Assembly (NCBI RefSeq): GCF_009914755.1
Contig: NC_060944.1
Source: the human T2T-CHM13v2.0 reference genome, Homo sapiens
Reading direction: 5' to 3' (one strand)
DNA length: 64,000 nucleotides
Position 1 is the first letter of the stretch. Each line of letters opens with the position of its first letter. This document shows, piece by piece, positions 63,910 through 64,000 of the stretch. The notes beneath the pieces were generated by a model that was not told the origin of the DNA, ran no database searches, and worked only from the letters and a program-made list of their open reading frames with translations. Both the position numbers and the translations under genes were made by a program.

Positions 63910-64000
63910 GAGGGAGACCCAGACAGACAGCAACACAAAGACAGAGAGAGAGACACAGAGAGGAAAGCAGAGACACAGAGAGACATGGAGAGAGACACAG
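63910..64000. repeat. (GAGACA)-like GA/CA low-complexity repeat, cut by the window end
   Basis: AGAGACACAGAGAG motifs. Confidence 0.8.

Overview
Human (primate) genomic DNA, GC-rich and dense in minisatellites, recognisable as the NTSR1 locus (chr20q13.33, from recall). The only well-supported coding sequence is NTSR1 exon 1 (ATG 27931 to splice donor at 28644; 238 codons, N-terminus through the start of TM5 of neurotensin receptor 1), inside a CpG-island promoter. Everything after 28645 is intron 1, and no further NTSR1 exon is visible. The upstream 27 kb holds a probable orphan terminal exon (4176-~4525, possibly a distal end of the neighbouring SLCO4A1 gene), MaLR/ERVL LTRs, DNA-transposon fossils, Alus, MIR/L2/L1 fragments and about 20 short tandem arrays. 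Almost all other ORFs in the track are artefacts of GC content or repeats. I found no convincing new multi-gene system. The best leads are: (1) a 42-bp CpG-rich VNTR carrying 9 TCACGTGA E-boxes and 7 AhR/ARNT XRE cores in phase; (2) a minisatellite made of an MLT1 LTR terminus plus its target-site duplication; (3) a chimeric three-arm Alu inside one TSD; (4) an AUG-free NTSR1 leader that is open in frame and has strong-context CUGs. Repeat subfamily names come from remembered consensus sequences and need RepeatMasker/Dfam confirmation.
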